DNA of 63,903 bases, filler included, from Octopus bimaculoides (Eukaryota), in the NCBI RefSeq assembly GCF_001194135.2. It is 7 parts of 6 records of this genome, joined end to end, with 100 filler letters (N's around TTAATTAATTAA, not from the genome) between each part and the next. Parts side by side here need not be neighbours in the genome. Positions count along the whole stretch, not along the records: positions 1 to 27,083 come from NC_068989.1; 6 more parts are not named here. One strand, 5' to 3'. Every line of letters begins with the position of its first letter. The first letter of the stretch is position 1. The position numbers were made by a program, and so were the translations under genes. The notes below the pieces were generated by a model, which ran no database searches, was not told the DNA's origin, and saw only the letters and a program-made list of their open reading frames with translations. Shown here piece after piece: positions 12,926 through 27,183 of the stretch.

Positions 12926-13729
12926 TTGCATTCCTCAGTTTCGTTCATAAGTATGATATAAAAATATCTTTTGATAACTAATATCCATGAACACCCGTAG
13001 GAACACATAAAATCTGAACAACAACGGCTCTATGTTAAAAATCAATATTATCCCCGCGCAAGTGTATGTGAGAGTGTCTGTAAGATAAGAAAATAATAAA
13101 TGCTTTTAGATGAATATTGCAACAAGTGCTAACTGGAAAGTTACGATAATGATGCAAGATGCAGACTAATTAAATAGCATCAGGACTATACGAAGAATAC
13201 TTTCCGCCTAATTATTATCAAGATATCCTGTAAGAAGTATATGACGCGATATTTAATTTTTTGCATTGAAATCTCAAAGAAGAAACATGTATGATGCTTA
13301 AAATATACTTTCCAACATATTTTAACTGTTTTCTGATTGAAATAACGAAGGTCAGTTCATTTCAATTTCCAGTTACCTTGATTTATGTCATATCAATTAA
13401 TCTATCAATGAAATTATTTGTCAACCAGTAGGCACCACCCACACATGCACAGAAATGCGTGCGTGCGCACACACATACACGCACACACACACACACACAC
13501 ACACATACGCTCACACACATACACACATACTTACACCCCTATATACACACATATATATATATGTGCACTCTTCTATCTCTTCTACGTCTTCTCTGTCTAT
13601 CTATCTCTCTCTCCTGTTCTTCTTCCTTTCTGGTTTTCTCTCCCACCTTTTCCATATCCTTCTCTCCTCTTCACCGTTCCTCCTTCTCTCTCTCTCTCTC
13701 TCATTCTTCCTCCTTGACTCTCTTGTCGC

Positions 13730-14165
13730 TGACACGTGACGAAAGGCGATCTATTTTCTTTCTTTCACGCCCTTGGTAAAGAAAAGACGTGTTTTTACCT
13801 GCCTCTCCTCATAACTCGTCTTTCCCGCGTTCATAATTTTTCACATCGTCTCACCGTTGTTTTGACTGTCTTGTTCTCACTGTCCTGTTTTGTTACCACT
13901 TTCACCCTCCGCAAAAAATCCCAAACTTTATTATTTTGCTTTGCGGGAAGGACTGTTTCAACGAAGTCGCGTATTGTATTTACCCTCGTTACGCGGAGTA
14001 GATGAAACAGAGACAACTGATGAAGGGGAATGTTCTTTATGTTGCATGTCTCGATTCTGTGCTTGTATATTTTTTCGTTGTTCGGAAAGAAGTCAGCTTT
14101 CTATGTTTTTGTTTTTATGTTTTCGTTTTCTCATCGTGTCTACGTTTTATGATGTCCTGTAACCA
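13730..14165 (+). mobile_element. Probable Penelope-type terminal repeat fragment
   Basis: T-rich repeat-like sequence containing CTGATGA at 14017-14023; family assignment by pattern recognition only. Confidence 0.35.
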
Positions 14166-14239
14166 TATATGCATGTATATATACATATATATGTAGCTAT
14201 GTACATATATGTATGTATATATGCATATATTTATATATC

Positions 14240-14309
<70 letters not shown>

Positions 14310-15789
14310 GTATCCACTAACTCGCAATATCCAAGTAATCAGCCTCACCTGTAAGTAATCTCACTAAGTAGTATTCAAGTAGAATACGTCATGGAATTTC
14401 TTTTGTCTGGAAAATTTTAACCGTCAGTGTAGTAACAAACAGGATTAAGGAGACTGATTTCAGTAGTAATTTGTTTTGATGCCTAAGAAATTCTAATCTA
14501 GAACGGTTGCATCAGTTACTGACACAAATTGAGGCTGTAGAATGACCTTGTTTCCTCAAACGCAAGCTATATCTCGAAAACATTGATGCTAACATCTGCA
14601 GATTTATGCAGATTAGGAATGTTTGAAATGCGAGCTTGCATGTTTACTCTAAATAGCTCAATACAAGACAGGCTTTGAAATACTTCCAATCGGAATTTTC
14701 TTTACATGACAGCATGTGTGCCTGCATGGTTTGATGTGTGCGCATGTGTGTACGCGCGCTTGTGTGTGTTAGTGTGGGAAAGAGATGAAGAGAATATGAG
14801 AGTAGAATTGAAATTGAAGCAGTACGAGAAATCATAGATGGATGCTCTTAGATTCAAAGTTTAAATGTGAAATAGTATTATTTATAAGGCCTCAAGCTAA
14901 ATCGGTTTCTAAAGCGTCGGATATAGAAATCCTTGCGTTATTCGTCCGGCCTCTCTTCGGTGTGATTTCAATCCCGACCGAAGATAAATTTTCCTTCTAT
15001 AATTTGTGAATCGATAGATATCGTAACAGTTATCCAGGTCTGGATTCAGTTCGGCTCCGATTCTCTTATTCTCTCTGTTCTGATTGGTTGTGATCAGACC
15101 AGGATAAGGATGTGGTTTGATTCGTTTAAAACATTCAAGACATGCTGTCTGTATTGACCGTGCACTTCTGACTCAAGTACTTACAAGTTTTAGAATGAAA
15201 GAATGTCTGCTTGTAGATATATAACGAAAAATTTGCACCTATATTAACGGAGAATGCCGTTGATCTTCAGGTTCTTCGGGAGTCGATTTTATAATAAATT
15301 ATTTATAATTAATATGTATTATTCTAGGAATAGAGAAATATAACAATACCCATCTACATCATGACATAGATAATGAACGGAACATAAGGATAGAAAATTA
15401 GTCAAAGATAGAGACAACGCGGTGGTTTGCTTTTCTAGAAATAACAGGTGTCTCCTTGTAGACTGTAGTCGTATATTCCAGACACAAATACAGAAATGTT
15501 CTGGAGGGACAGACTTTTAACATAGATTCGGTCAATTAGGGTTGAACTAAATTTCAGCAAAATTATCGACAGAATTTACAAGAGCAACAGGAATAATTGT
15601 ATCAACATGATATAAAAGTTTGTTAAATCAATGGAAAACTTGATTAAAAACAAATGACAAAAGATTGAATATATTTAATGTCTATGTAGTGGATTTCTTC
15701 TGCAGACCAGTCATGTGTATTAACTGTTGGAATTTGCGTTGATATCGCTAATACCTTGTGGGATATTTTCTTGTTTTAACGTTGTTGTG

Positions 15790-16870
15790 GCGAGAGTCAT
15801 TCACACTCCTGTGAGAATGGAAGAATGGAGAAACCGAACTTTTATAAAGCTTACTGGTCGGTACTAGTCAAGGTGTGAATTTTGGAAGTCTCGCGAAGTG
15901 CTTCGTTTGTTGTGTCTTGATTTCGCCAACATGTGAGTTAATGCTTTGTTAATTTGAATTACGGAATTGTTGAATTTCTGAATTGTTGAATTTTGTGATT
16001 GTTTAAATTTGTGACTATTTGTATTGTTGAAAATGTTATTTGTTTTCCCTATTTATGGGTGAAGCGGTGAACAGCGTAATTATGAATATGCAGGTTCTAA
16101 CAAGCAGTTAAGTTGTAGTGACGGGCCAAAACCTGACAGCTGAGCTACTGCAGATATGTGAATTGGAAGTAAAGGACAGAGACTTCAAGAAGTTTAATAC
16201 TTTGTTGGAGAAGGAGGGGGGATATCTAAGGCTGACACCCACGAAAGAAGTGACGGAGAACACAGAAAGAAAAATCATTACTTATAGAACGTTGAATATA
16301 GCGACAAACAATGTGGAGATAGCAGCTGTAGAAACGGTAGAAGAATGTTTAAAGGATATAAAAGAGGACGAAAGTTGGGCACGGTAGAGGTATGCTTCGT
16401 TAATGAGAAGGAAACAAAGAAATACCCTACCATAGCCTTGAAATCAGCGCAGTGGGCACTGTTACCTACTTACTGTGGCAGACATGCGGCCAGAATGAGG
16501 ATAGGGAGAGTGCTACCCGAAATTGACGAGGCATGGCTTGTGGAAGCCATCCTTTATAATACAGAACAAAAAGCAGAAATCCTGAAAATGTCGAGGTTAC
16601 GTTTTAGATACGACGAATTACTATCCGTAATAACATTTGAGGAGTTATTAGTTTTTTTATATAAATATGATACAAACTGGATATAAATATTGATTGTAAA
16701 AACAGTAAAATGGAACTCCCGACTTTGTGGGGTAGGTGAGCCATTGCATCATCATTATAATCATAACTCATAATTCATTCGTTAATTGTTATATGTACCC
16801 CACGTTTATGTTGTATGTCCTTGTGGTGTCCCTTCTATATTTAAGGCTTTATGCCTATAATAAAGAAAAA
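15790..16870 (+). mobile_element. Tx1/L1-like LINE 5' region with frameshifted ORF1 remnant
   Basis: Overlapping ORFs 16118-16387 and 16345-16686 read as one broken ORF1-like protein (VEVCFVNE..LPTYCGRHAARMRIGRVLPEIDEAWLVEAI), followed by a LINE 3'UTR-like A-rich end near 16860. Confidence 0.45.
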
Positions 16871-17369
16871 GCGAAGTACGTCGTGTGAACACATTGATTA
16901 AACGTCTGCTGAATAATTTATCTATCTATACCGACCTGTAGAAAGAAACAAAAGTGGCGACGAGATATTCGAAGCTTGCGTACGATGTTTATTTTATTAC
17001 TATCTTTTCTGGATCCTTTCCTTTTGGCCGACACATAGAAAAAATAACTTTTTGTAACGAAACACTTTCAAATTTCGTATACTGGTAGAATGTGTCATTT
17101 AAAACATCATTTACTCTTGGCGTTTTTAAGAAAATTCGTTATTTTCGAAGTTATTTCGTGATAATGTTGTCGTATTTCGGTAATTTAACCAATCAATGAC
17201 GTCTATTGAGGTGGAAACACTTAGTCCTATGGTTTGTCAACAAGACTTTATGGCGGTGTAATGGGATCTTTTCCCCTGAATAAAATTACTGCCGTTGTTT
17301 TTCAGCAACAACTATCGGCGGTACTGTTGTTTATGACATCGTTCGTGCGTTTGTACTGGTTTTAGCTTT

Positions 17370-18185
17370 AGGGTCGATCGGCATTTATGTGCCTTGTGGC
17401 ATTCTGCGGCTGGAAAATGCTATGTACAGCAACATTGAGTCTGTCGTCCGAGTGAATGGTTTCCTCTCGAAACCATTCGAAACAGAGCGCTCTGTTCGCC
17501 ATGGATACCCCCTGTATCCACTTTTGTATGTGCAGACTCTTCAGCCATTGCTGCGAAGATTGAAGGCTATAGGGGATAACCCGCGTGATCTGAGTGGTGG
17601 GAAGATGGCGACCGCGTATGCAGATGACATCACCATTATCGTATCTGATGAAGGACAGTTACCTTGTGTAGAAAACGCCATCAGAAGATACGAAGAGTTT
17701 GCAGGAGCAAGAATTCATCAGGATAAGTCGGTCGGCTTGCAACTCGGCACCAGGAGAGGCAAGTCGAGGCCGCCCAATAATGTCGTGCGACGTTGGCCGG
17801 AAGGTCCTGTTATGATGCTAGCGGTCTGGTTTGATCCAGAACTCGAGATAGAGAAGAATTGGGATGAGGTAACAAGCAAGGTAACTGCCGTAACCCAGAC
17901 CAGGTCTGGAAGGACGCTATCACTTATAGGAAGGGTGGAGATGACGTGGGTTTTTATTGCGTCTGTTATGACCTACCGCCTGACCATCGTGCCTTGTCCT
18001 GATCCGTGGTTGAGCAAGCTGGATCGACTCCTCTCCGTTTTTTGTGGATGAGGAGACCACTTGTAAGGCACTCTATTTGCTGACAAAAACCGTTAAAGTG
18101 TGTGCCAGGGATGCCGTGTCTGAAGATGCACAAGTTTTAGCAGAGACTTAGGCATATCTGGCATCACCCGAATGGTGAGCAGTTA
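17370..18185 (+). mobile_element. Tx1/L1-clade reverse transcriptase fragment
   Basis: YSNIESVVRVNGFLSKPF..SVRHGYPLYPLLY (QGCPLSP motif decayed), intact YADD, RRYEEFAGARIHQDKS. Confidence 0.92.
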
Positions 18186-18529
18186 TATTCTTATCCGTAT
18201 CTTTCAATACATCACAGCGCTTCTAAAGCGAACTTTGTTTGTTGAATTTAACGTAAGATAGTGTCTTATAAAACTAGATTTATATATCCTAAAACTGCCG
18301 AAGAATATGTTGCTGGGAAGTTTATCTTAATGGTAAAGCACTTGACGCGTAATCACAGTAATGTGAGTTCGAGTCTCATGGCTGGCCGCCGAAAGATTGT
18401 TCTGCAAAGTATGGATAGTCTATCTTGTTCATGCTATACTATTAGCATTATTAACCTGCGCTTGAGAATACAAATCTTTCCTTCTCTGTATCTGTCAATG
18501 CCTCTAAAGCAAACTTTGTTGTATTTAAC

Positions 18530-18563
<34 letters not shown>

Positions 18564-19169
18564 CTGCATTATTATTAACCTGCGCGCATAAACGTAAAGA
18601 AGGCATTGTAATCACTCGTCTTTGTGTATTTGCAATATTACTGGAAAATGGATGAACGAATTTTCACCATATTTGGCAGAAATAGTCACTGGGTGAGTGG
18701 CTCAAAATGATGAACCTTTGGTTTGATTATCCTTAAAAAGAAATTAAAAAGTAATCGAGCTTACAAATATTCCGGTGACGAAATGGTCATATTTTCTTCA
18801 CTTTCTTTTTCATATAAATCGACCATCGTCTGCATGCGTTTAGATCATGGTGTACCTGTGCGCGTAGACATGAGTGCATACATACATACACCTATACGTA
18901 CATACATACGCATATACATTCATACATACATACATGGATATGCGACTCTGTGTGTGTATACGTGCGTGTGGGTGTACACTGATGGATTCGATGTTTTCAT
19001 TTATTTACGAGTTAATTTCTGAATTTCACCGGAGTTTAAATACCTATAATGGTGATAGTTAAAAAACATTCCGTTTAAAAAGCTTGTGTAAGAAATGCGT
19101 TGTAAGTCACAGTATAATATGCGAAAAAATTCATTTTCGCACGGTGTATGCATCACTGCTTCGATACCT

Positions 19170-19690
19170 TTTCTTCATCATCATTATTATTATTATTATC
19201 ATTATTATTTAACTGTTGGTAGTTTCAGGTAAATTTCTACTGCATCACCTGTTGCACCTCGTTGTCGGTAGGTCTGTGTAGAGCATTGTGTGTTCTTTTT
19301 TGTTGTTGGGTGAGTGCAAACTCTTTCTGGTATTGTATTGCGTCTTTTTCTCTTGTTATGAGATTTGGTTACAGTCTTTCCTTGTATTAGTGTATAGTGT
19401 GTGTAATGCAGCCAGTTGTGTTCTTCCGTTGCTGGTTGTATATTTCATTGGATATTTGTCTTATGTTAGTGGATTGTTTTGTTTGGGTTGTGTTATTGAA
19501 TTGATTTATCATGTGTAGGTGGTGAGCTGTTCCTATCAGGGCTATTCTTTGGATAGTGTATAGTATTGAGGGTCCAGTTATATCTTCTACGTTTTTCTTC
19601 ATATGCTTTTGTATCATGCCCGATGCTCCAATTATTACTGGTATTGTTTTTACCTTCATACCCCACAATTTCAATTCTTCAAACTTCAAT
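19170..19690 (-). mobile_element. Third R4/Dong-like RLE 3' end with (TAA/TGA)n tail
   Basis: KLWGMKVKTIPVIIGASGMIQKHMKK..IQRIALIGTAH; minus-strand tail at 19170-19210. Confidence 0.72.
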
Positions 19691-19822
19691 TTCTAAGTTA
19701 TTATTACTTTCACCACCACCACCACTTCCCACCACCACCACTGCCCACCACCACTGCCCACCACCACTGCCCACCANNNNNNNNNNNNNNNNNNNNNNNN
19801 NNNNNNNNCCACCACCACCACC

Positions 19823-19874
<52 letters not shown>

Positions 19875-19929
19875 ATACTACTACTACTACTACTACCACT
19901 ACTACTACTAGCAACATTATTAGTATTAG

Positions 19930-21230
19930 TGTTCTTTTATCCATTTAAAACGGGCTTCAATTCTACAAACGCTGTCCCTTTACACTTCTCCCATCTTCAC
20001 TTGAGTTGTGCTGTTTGTAAAATTGGAATATTATAAGCATTTTCTGATCGCATGTTTCTAAATGGTTGCTTAATGCTATCTGTCGAACATCTCTCAGTGT
20101 GCTCTTCATTGTTCCGGTAAATAATTTCCTTTCTAGCCAATATATATCTCTTTACTGTTCGGGCATTTGATGAAGTAGTTTAGATTTCTGCTTTTATTTT
20201 TGCATTTGTAAATATTCTTCCATTCATATACTGAATCGTATGTCTGAACGGACGTGTACTGCATCGCTTGTCATTGCATTTGTATGCTAGAAATATTTTA
20301 TCACTGTTGCAGAGGTCAAACTTTACCTTTTTCAATAATTGTTTGTTTCAAATCTTTTGGTTATCTTTTACTTTGAATCTTTTATTTCTTGTAGAAATCC
20401 TTTAGGTTCTGTGAGATGTTTATCTCTAGTTTCTTCGTCATTAGAATTGTAGAAATATTTGGCTATATTGTATAGGGTACTGAGTTCTGTATGTATTGGA
20501 GTTCATTTTTAATTACCACGATATCAAGAAATGTTAATTATGTGTGTCTCATTTCCATTGTAAATTCCAGAGATGGGTGCAGATTGTTCTGGAGAGTAAT
20601 GTATTCTTGCAAGGTGTCTGGGGATTCTGTCCAGGTTATGAAACAATCATTTATATATCTCTTCCACGCATATCCATTATGCCTTCTAAAGAGAGTGCCG
20701 TAGTTTTCTTCTACTCTTCGAATTAGTTGTTCTAAGTTACTGAGTTTGCATAAACTGGGACAAACCTGTTTCTCATCACCGTGTCTCTAATGTGAAGATA
20801 ATTCTTCCCGTTGTAAAAAAAAAAAACTGTGTTTCTTTCAAGGATAAGTTTGAGTGCGCCTCATATAAAGGACATATCTGAATCTACTAAGAACCACTTC
20901 TTTATCTTTCTTCCACCCAATATGTGATCGCCTTTATTCCTAAATTGTGTGGAATATCTATATAGATGTTTACTACATTAAAACTAATCAAGAATGTGTT
21001 CGATTCTGTTGCTTTGTGAAGATGGGACAAAAAGTCAACGTGATCCTGAATGGAACTTGGTATGTTGGTATATAATGGTTTCAAAAGAATGTCAACAAAA
21101 TTGCTTAGTTGATGGGTACGGCATGTTGGACGAGCTATAAATGATCTATGTCTTAGATCAATTGGTTGTAGTTGTTTTATTTAATAAGTATATGTTCCTT
21201 TGCTGCATTTTGAATTTCCTTCGACCTGTA
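19930..21230 (-). mobile_element. Decayed Penelope-like element (RT plus GIY-YIG endonuclease)
   Basis: Minus strand: LKPLYTNIPSSIQDHVDFL..FLISFNVVNIYIDIPHNLGIKAITYW (Penelope RT) and NLNYFIKCPNSKEIYIG (GIY-YIG-like) near 20130-20190. Confidence 0.8.
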
Positions 21231-21630
21231 TTTTCGTAAGCAATACAAGTTGCTGAATTTTAATTCAAAATTGGTAACGTAGTCTCTTTCAGTGGTTTTA
21301 AGTGAAATCAAATTACTAAGCTTCTTTATGATGCAATGATCGATAGTGATCTATGATTAAAGGTAGATCACAGCACAATAGGGAGCTTCTAACCACATAA
21401 CCACGTCTTGAAAAACCTAGTTATCCTAAGCTACATCACTATCGATGAATGCCAGCTCATCTGGGAAATGTATCATACGCATTTTTTCCGAAACTGACCG
21501 TAACATAACCGCTGCCAATCTGTCTGTTTCTATTAAAACGGTTTTTGATAAAAGAAGACATCATACTCACAAATGATTTTAAGTTTCACCAAATGGAATT
21601 GCTGGTGTCCAAAATCGTCATTGCAATCAA

Positions 21631-21716
21631 ATTTTTGTAACACGAAATAAATACTCAATTTTGTAACATATGAAATAAATACACAATTTTGTAACATATG
21701 AAATAAATACACAATT
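21631..21716. repeat. 28-bp tandem repeat, ~3 copies
   Basis: Unit attttgtaacatatgaaataaatacaca repeated directly. Confidence 0.85.
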
Positions 21717-24157
21717 CTGATTCATAGTTGTGATATACTGTAGATATAAACATAATTGAATATTATGTTTTCTTTTCATCGTATTCGTGCCTACAATTGC
21801 GACAGTGAAATATTTATAGGTATGGTTTCCATTTATATTTGTATCATTCATAGGTCGTTTGAGTTTTGGCTTCCGGTATATACAACGTGCTACCTATATT
21901 GTGTTGCAGGTGTAACAAAGTGGCCTAACTTCAAATGAATGGGATGCTTTGACAGTTGTCTCTCCTTTCTTTCTTTTTTACGTTCACACTCACTATGTTT
22001 GACTCGTTTAGCAATTAGCATCATACATCCAGCCTGTGTATTCCTACAATTGTATGTCTATAGGATACTTTTGTTGATTGTGTTGGTATTTAGATATACC
22101 TTATTTATCATGAAGCCGTTCTGAGATCGATATATTTCAAATCTTCTCGGATTATATTGTGTACTACCACCTAAATGTGTTTCTATTTCTGGTGGGGTTT
22201 TGACGGAGATATGCCTCCATGTCTAACGGGAAGATTGATCAACTTAATCATTTCGTTTACCCACAAGTTTATGCGCGTTGAGATGAAATATCCACTGCTA
22301 ATATGAATTTTCAAATAGATGTAGCTCATAAAGCATCTAAAGCCTGAAAAGAATACATAAATAAAAAATATAAAATGAAACGTGATAAGCATTTGCAAAA
22401 CTTAAATTCGTTGCTCTCGGTTAATAATCAAAAATAAATCTTTGCTGTCTTTGCTGAGGTGACAATTTTAATTAACTAAGCATATATATGATGTTTGTTA
22501 GCCTTCATATAAACTGAATGCGGTAACTTCATATGAGGCAAATAATATCTACATATTCTCTTAAACTAAAAACTGAGCTAAATGATTATATTGAAGTAAA
22601 ATATATCAATGAAAGCGTTAGAAAACAAACAAGGAGAAAACTATAGAAAGTGAGACCACTTCGCACAAAGTTCTCAAATATGTATTACAGTCAGGTCAAT
22701 ATCTATCCGCTGATGATATTTATATCTTTCACCTAAATTCCTAGGATGTAGTCTTCATTGCATTATCTTTGCTGAGGTGACAATTAAAATTAACTAAGCA
22801 TATATATGAGGTTCGTTAGCCTTCATATAAACTGAATGCGATAACTTCATCGTCACAACCCTTTCATTGCTGTTAAAAATCAGTGGATTCTAGTGGATTA
22901 CTCAGATCGGAATTCAAGGAACCTTACATATAGCCTCTACTTGGTTGCTCTAACTGTTAGCATTTTCTAACCAACTCTTCATCACGTCACTCCCTCTGTC
23001 AAATCTGTAAATGATTGAACGTTGCCTGGTTAGCGATTAAACAGCCTGAAAATCACTAAATATAGACATATTCTTAAAAGCTGTTTATATTCTAGTATAT
23101 GAAATTATTAGCCAACAGTATTGTTTTTCTTCTTCACAATTATTTAGAAATAACTCAATGCCAATATCATCTTACAACGTGGTATCCTATATCTCTTACA
23201 TAACACACATAAATCAACATACCGCAATTCCACACGAAGTCATGCAAAAATATATTCGCTGAGATTTTCTTGTATTTACATAAAAAGCTTCTGAAGTCAA
23301 CAACTCTCAGGATTGCTACGTTTAATAGCGGCATCAACTTAAATGTTACCTTTCTATTCCATTATGATTTGCTATTTCTTCAATATTCAGTGTATATCAC
23401 CCCTAACGATTGCCATATCTACCACCAGCTTCACAAGACATTAAACTTTATAACGTGAAGTATTTACGATTTAGTATAATGCCTCGTTGAGAAAAAATAT
23501 TATGATTTAGCAAAGAACACTTTCTATTATCATCACATTTATTGTTCACGTTCCTATTTCGTAAAGAGAAACGATGATAAAAGAAATTAGGGATATAGAG
23601 AGAGAGAAGGAAAAGATAGAGGGATGAGACAAATAGACAGTGAGAGAGCGGTGGCGAGATTTCTTATTCATAATGTTCACGTCATATCTACTTTGTTCTC
23701 TGGAAGGATTTTAGCTTACATTCTCTTATTTCTCCGATTCTCACGGGTGACATCAAAATGTAAACGAATTTGGTTGTTTTCAAGATCTCAAAAATATCCT
23801 TTTCTACTGTAGGTATAAGACCCGAAATTTTGGGGGAGGGGGCCAGTCGATTAGATCAACCCCAGTACGCAACTGGAAATTAACTTATCAACTCCGAAAA
23901 GATAAAAGGCAAAGTCGACCTCGGTGGAATTTGAACTCAGAACGTAAAGACAAACGAAATACCGCTAAGCATTTCGCCTGGCGTTTCTGCCAGCTCGCCG
24001 CCTTAAGACCTAAAGAACAATAACACTTAACAAAGAGTATATATAATCGGGTACTATTACTAATATATATTTTTAAAATCGATACGACTACTATTATTAA
24101 TACAACTAGTACTACAAATACTAACACTAGAACGACACATCTACTAAAGAGAGGAAG

Positions 24158-24310
24158 AAGAAGAAAAAGAAGAAGAAGAAGAAGAAGAAGAAGAAGAAGA
24201 AGAAGAAGAAGAAGAAGAAGAAGAAAGAGGAGGAGGAGGAGGGGGGAAGGAAGGAGGAGTGAGGGAGGGGAGGAGGGAAGAAGGAAGGAGGAGGGAAGAA
24301 AGAGGAGGAG
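24158..24310. repeat. (GAA)n/(GGA)n purine microsatellite
   Basis: Direct reading. Confidence 0.95.
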
Positions 24311-24449
24311 GTGAACTACTGAGAACTACATTAAGGGTACATGTGTCTGCGGAGCGCTCAGACATATGTACGCTAATTTCACGAGCAGGTTGTTCTGTTT
24401 ATCGAATCAGGTAAGAACTCTCGTCGTCGTAAGCGGCGAAGTGCCAGCG

Positions 24450-24760
24450 CCATATGTCCGAAGTGGAATGAAGAAGTTCCTGGAATTGCTATGTTTAAAC
24501 AATTTTAACACCATCTCCTACGAAATCTTCGCCTTGCGCTCCCAGCGCTCCTGCCACTTTTGAAATCCTGCATGGAAGTTGATTTCTATAAGTGAGTCGA
24601 AAACCTTTTGCAATTTGCTCTGGATCTCAACAACGGTGTTAAAATGGTGACCTTTAAGCAACATTTTTATCGTGAGGAAGAGATAGAAGCACGGTACTAA
24701 ATCTGGCGAATAGGGCGGGTATGCGGACGCGATTCCATGTTCTTTTGGGCAAGAAAACAC
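24450..24760 (-). mobile_element. Mariner transposase C-terminal fragment
   Basis: YPPYSPDLVPCFYLFLTIKMLLKGHHF..FQKWQERW corresponds to the mariner YSPDLAPxD motif region. Confidence 0.8.
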
Positions 24761-24989
24761 GAGTGAGAAGAGTTCAGTGACTAACTGAAGACCTAAAGAA
24801 GATATATGGGTATAGTGATTGAGGAGGTAAGTACGTTGTAAGCAGTATTAGGTTTCATTATTTCGTGTATCCATCTACATTACAACAAATGAAAATTATA
24901 GGAAAGTTTATAACTACCAACACTGAAGTTACATTTATTATTCGAGTTTGCTTGATGAAGGATGTTACATACATCTGCAGATTCCAAAC

Positions 24990-25300
24990 GTGAATAAAAT
25001 TGATCAGTTTTAGAAACGAATGGCAGAAGTAACATTACACTGGATGTCATGCTGTGTGCCATCTTATGACAACGTCTTAGAATTAATGCTGCTGGATACC
25101 TTAAGGTGTTGGAGACTATTGATAAGACCTGCGTGCTCAACAAAACTCGGCACCTTCTCACAAAACCCACAGGAGTCAGGAAGGGATTTCAGGCTATGTT
25201 TTTAAAATGTAACACCAAACTAAAGGCCGCAAAAATCGCCAGATTTAAAGCCTCTGACCTGTTACAATTTTAGCCTTGTCCAAAGGAAAACTGATCTATA
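24990..25300 (+). mobile_element. Tc1/mariner (DD37D/maT-like) transposase remnant
   Basis: LRINAAGYLKVLETI and, after a frameshift, QQNSAPSHKTHRSQE (cf. QQDSAPSH). Confidence 0.6.
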
Positions 25301-25831
25301 TCTACAGAAAGCTATAACTTAGATGAAGATTATCATTGTCTAAGGATTTCAGCGAGAATGAAAGTCAACAATTGCTTCACGTATCGAAACAATCAACTCG
25401 TTCCCAGAGGACAATGGATGAGTAAATATCCTTATTGATGTACTGATGGATTACGAATCCACATAGCCATAACCTAATCTGAGTATTTCATTTAACGAAT
25501 TACAGTGTTTTCTAACAGTATTCTCGATATATAATTCCTCGCATTGCCTATGTGTAAGTTTATCTCTATAGTAAGCTACTACATAAAGTATGCAATAATA
25601 AATGTGAAGCAATTCTGAAGATGCAAGCAGAAGACAATTTTCAATTATCTGTTATCGTACAAACATTTCAGCGATGACTCACTTATCTTCCGTCTTGTGC
25701 TAACACATTTATCCAGCATTTTTAATGAGATTATACACTGATGTAAATAGTCCAAAGGGGCATTAAAATATTATCAATTAGTTAACATATTGAATATAAT
25801 GTATACAAAACACACACACACAAACACACAC

Positions 25832-25873
<42 letters not shown>

Positions 25874-27083
25874 NNNNNNNNNNATATATATGTATGTATG
25901 TATGTATGTATAAGAGACTTAAACCAAACGTTTACAAATGCTTAGGAATATGTTGATCTAGAGGTCTAAACACGCACCCACATGCGCACACAAAATAAAA
26001 TTTAAGAAGGAATGTTACAGAGATATTAAATTAGAACTTAAACACGTAAATGAAATTTGCAGGTTTCAATAGCCCAAATCTCTCATTGATAAATTATAGT
26101 TTATAATATTCTCAAATGTACGGTAAATAACTTTTCAAGACTAGACAGCAAGAAAATCAGAAAAAAATGACTATATTTTGAATACGCTACACAGAAGCTT
26201 ACATATAAATAACTCATGTACTTGGAACACAGAAAGATACACATTTTATTCAAGTAGAAAACTGTTATAAATTATTCACAGTCGGATAGGAAATTTACAT
26301 AGTGAAGATTAATGGGAAGCTAGAAGTTAAAAAAAAATGCGCGTGTTTTCCTTCTTCCAGAAGATGAATATGATTAATTATTAGTTAGATATGAAAAACA
26401 TTATTAGATAGATATGAAAAAATTCTTTAGATATAATAAAAACCATTATTTCTAACAAAAATTGCTATTATTCCTTTAAAAAAAAGTAAAAGGCTAAAAT
26501 GGAACGAGAGAAAGCCATATACTGACGACATAAAACTTAGATAAAGGATAGAATACGACATAGACAAAGTTGCTTAGAAACACAGGTAGTAAGTATGAGA
26601 AAGGAATAATTTTGTTTTGGCAACAGAAAAAAGATGACCTGAGGTATTGAGGCAGAAAATATTTAGTAATGCAAGACATATGAGAGTTGGAAGAAAATAT
26701 ATCTACAAGTAAATTTCAAACTTTATATAAAATGTAGTATATTGCCACTTAAGTGTGGCTGACCCCTAGGGGTGGATGTTACTGTTGCTTTTAGTCCCAG
26801 GAGGACATCTCCTCCAGCTGGCTTATCGACACACGACTGTGTCCTGTTTGCCAAGGGTAGTTATCCCTCTCACCAACATCTGCAGCACGAACGGATCCGG
26901 ATTTCAGGGTTATTTCCCTTCGTCGGCGTCCGATAGCCGCTGACCTTGGTGAGAGCGACAAAAACCTGGCAATCTTATATCTTCTTTTCAAGTGAAATTC
27001 TTCACTGATATCGAAAAGGTGAAAACAAGCAATGTTAATTCTCTAAATGAAGTATTAACAGTAACTGCACGATAAAGTGTAGT

Positions 27084-27183
27084 NNNNNNNNNNNNNNNNN
27101 NNNNNNNNNNNNNNNNNNNNNNNNNNNTTAATTAATTAANNNNNNNNNNNNNNNNNNNNNNNNNNNNNNNNNNNNNNNNNNNN
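27084..27183. other. Artificial assembly gap with six-frame-stop linker (also 32687-32786, 52612-52711, 58535-58634, 61436-61535, 62767-62866)
   Basis: Each is 44 N + TTAATTAATTAA + 44 N = 100 bp, identical six times. Confidence 0.97.

Noticed and set aside
14017-14100. Canonical CUGAUGA...GAAA...GUC as a hammerhead
   Set aside because: Core nucleotides are present, but I could not form stem I or a convincing stem II/III in this copy.
21631-21716. Short direct-repeat arrays as CRISPR-like
   Set aside because: There are no unique spacers, no cas genes, and the context is eukaryotic.
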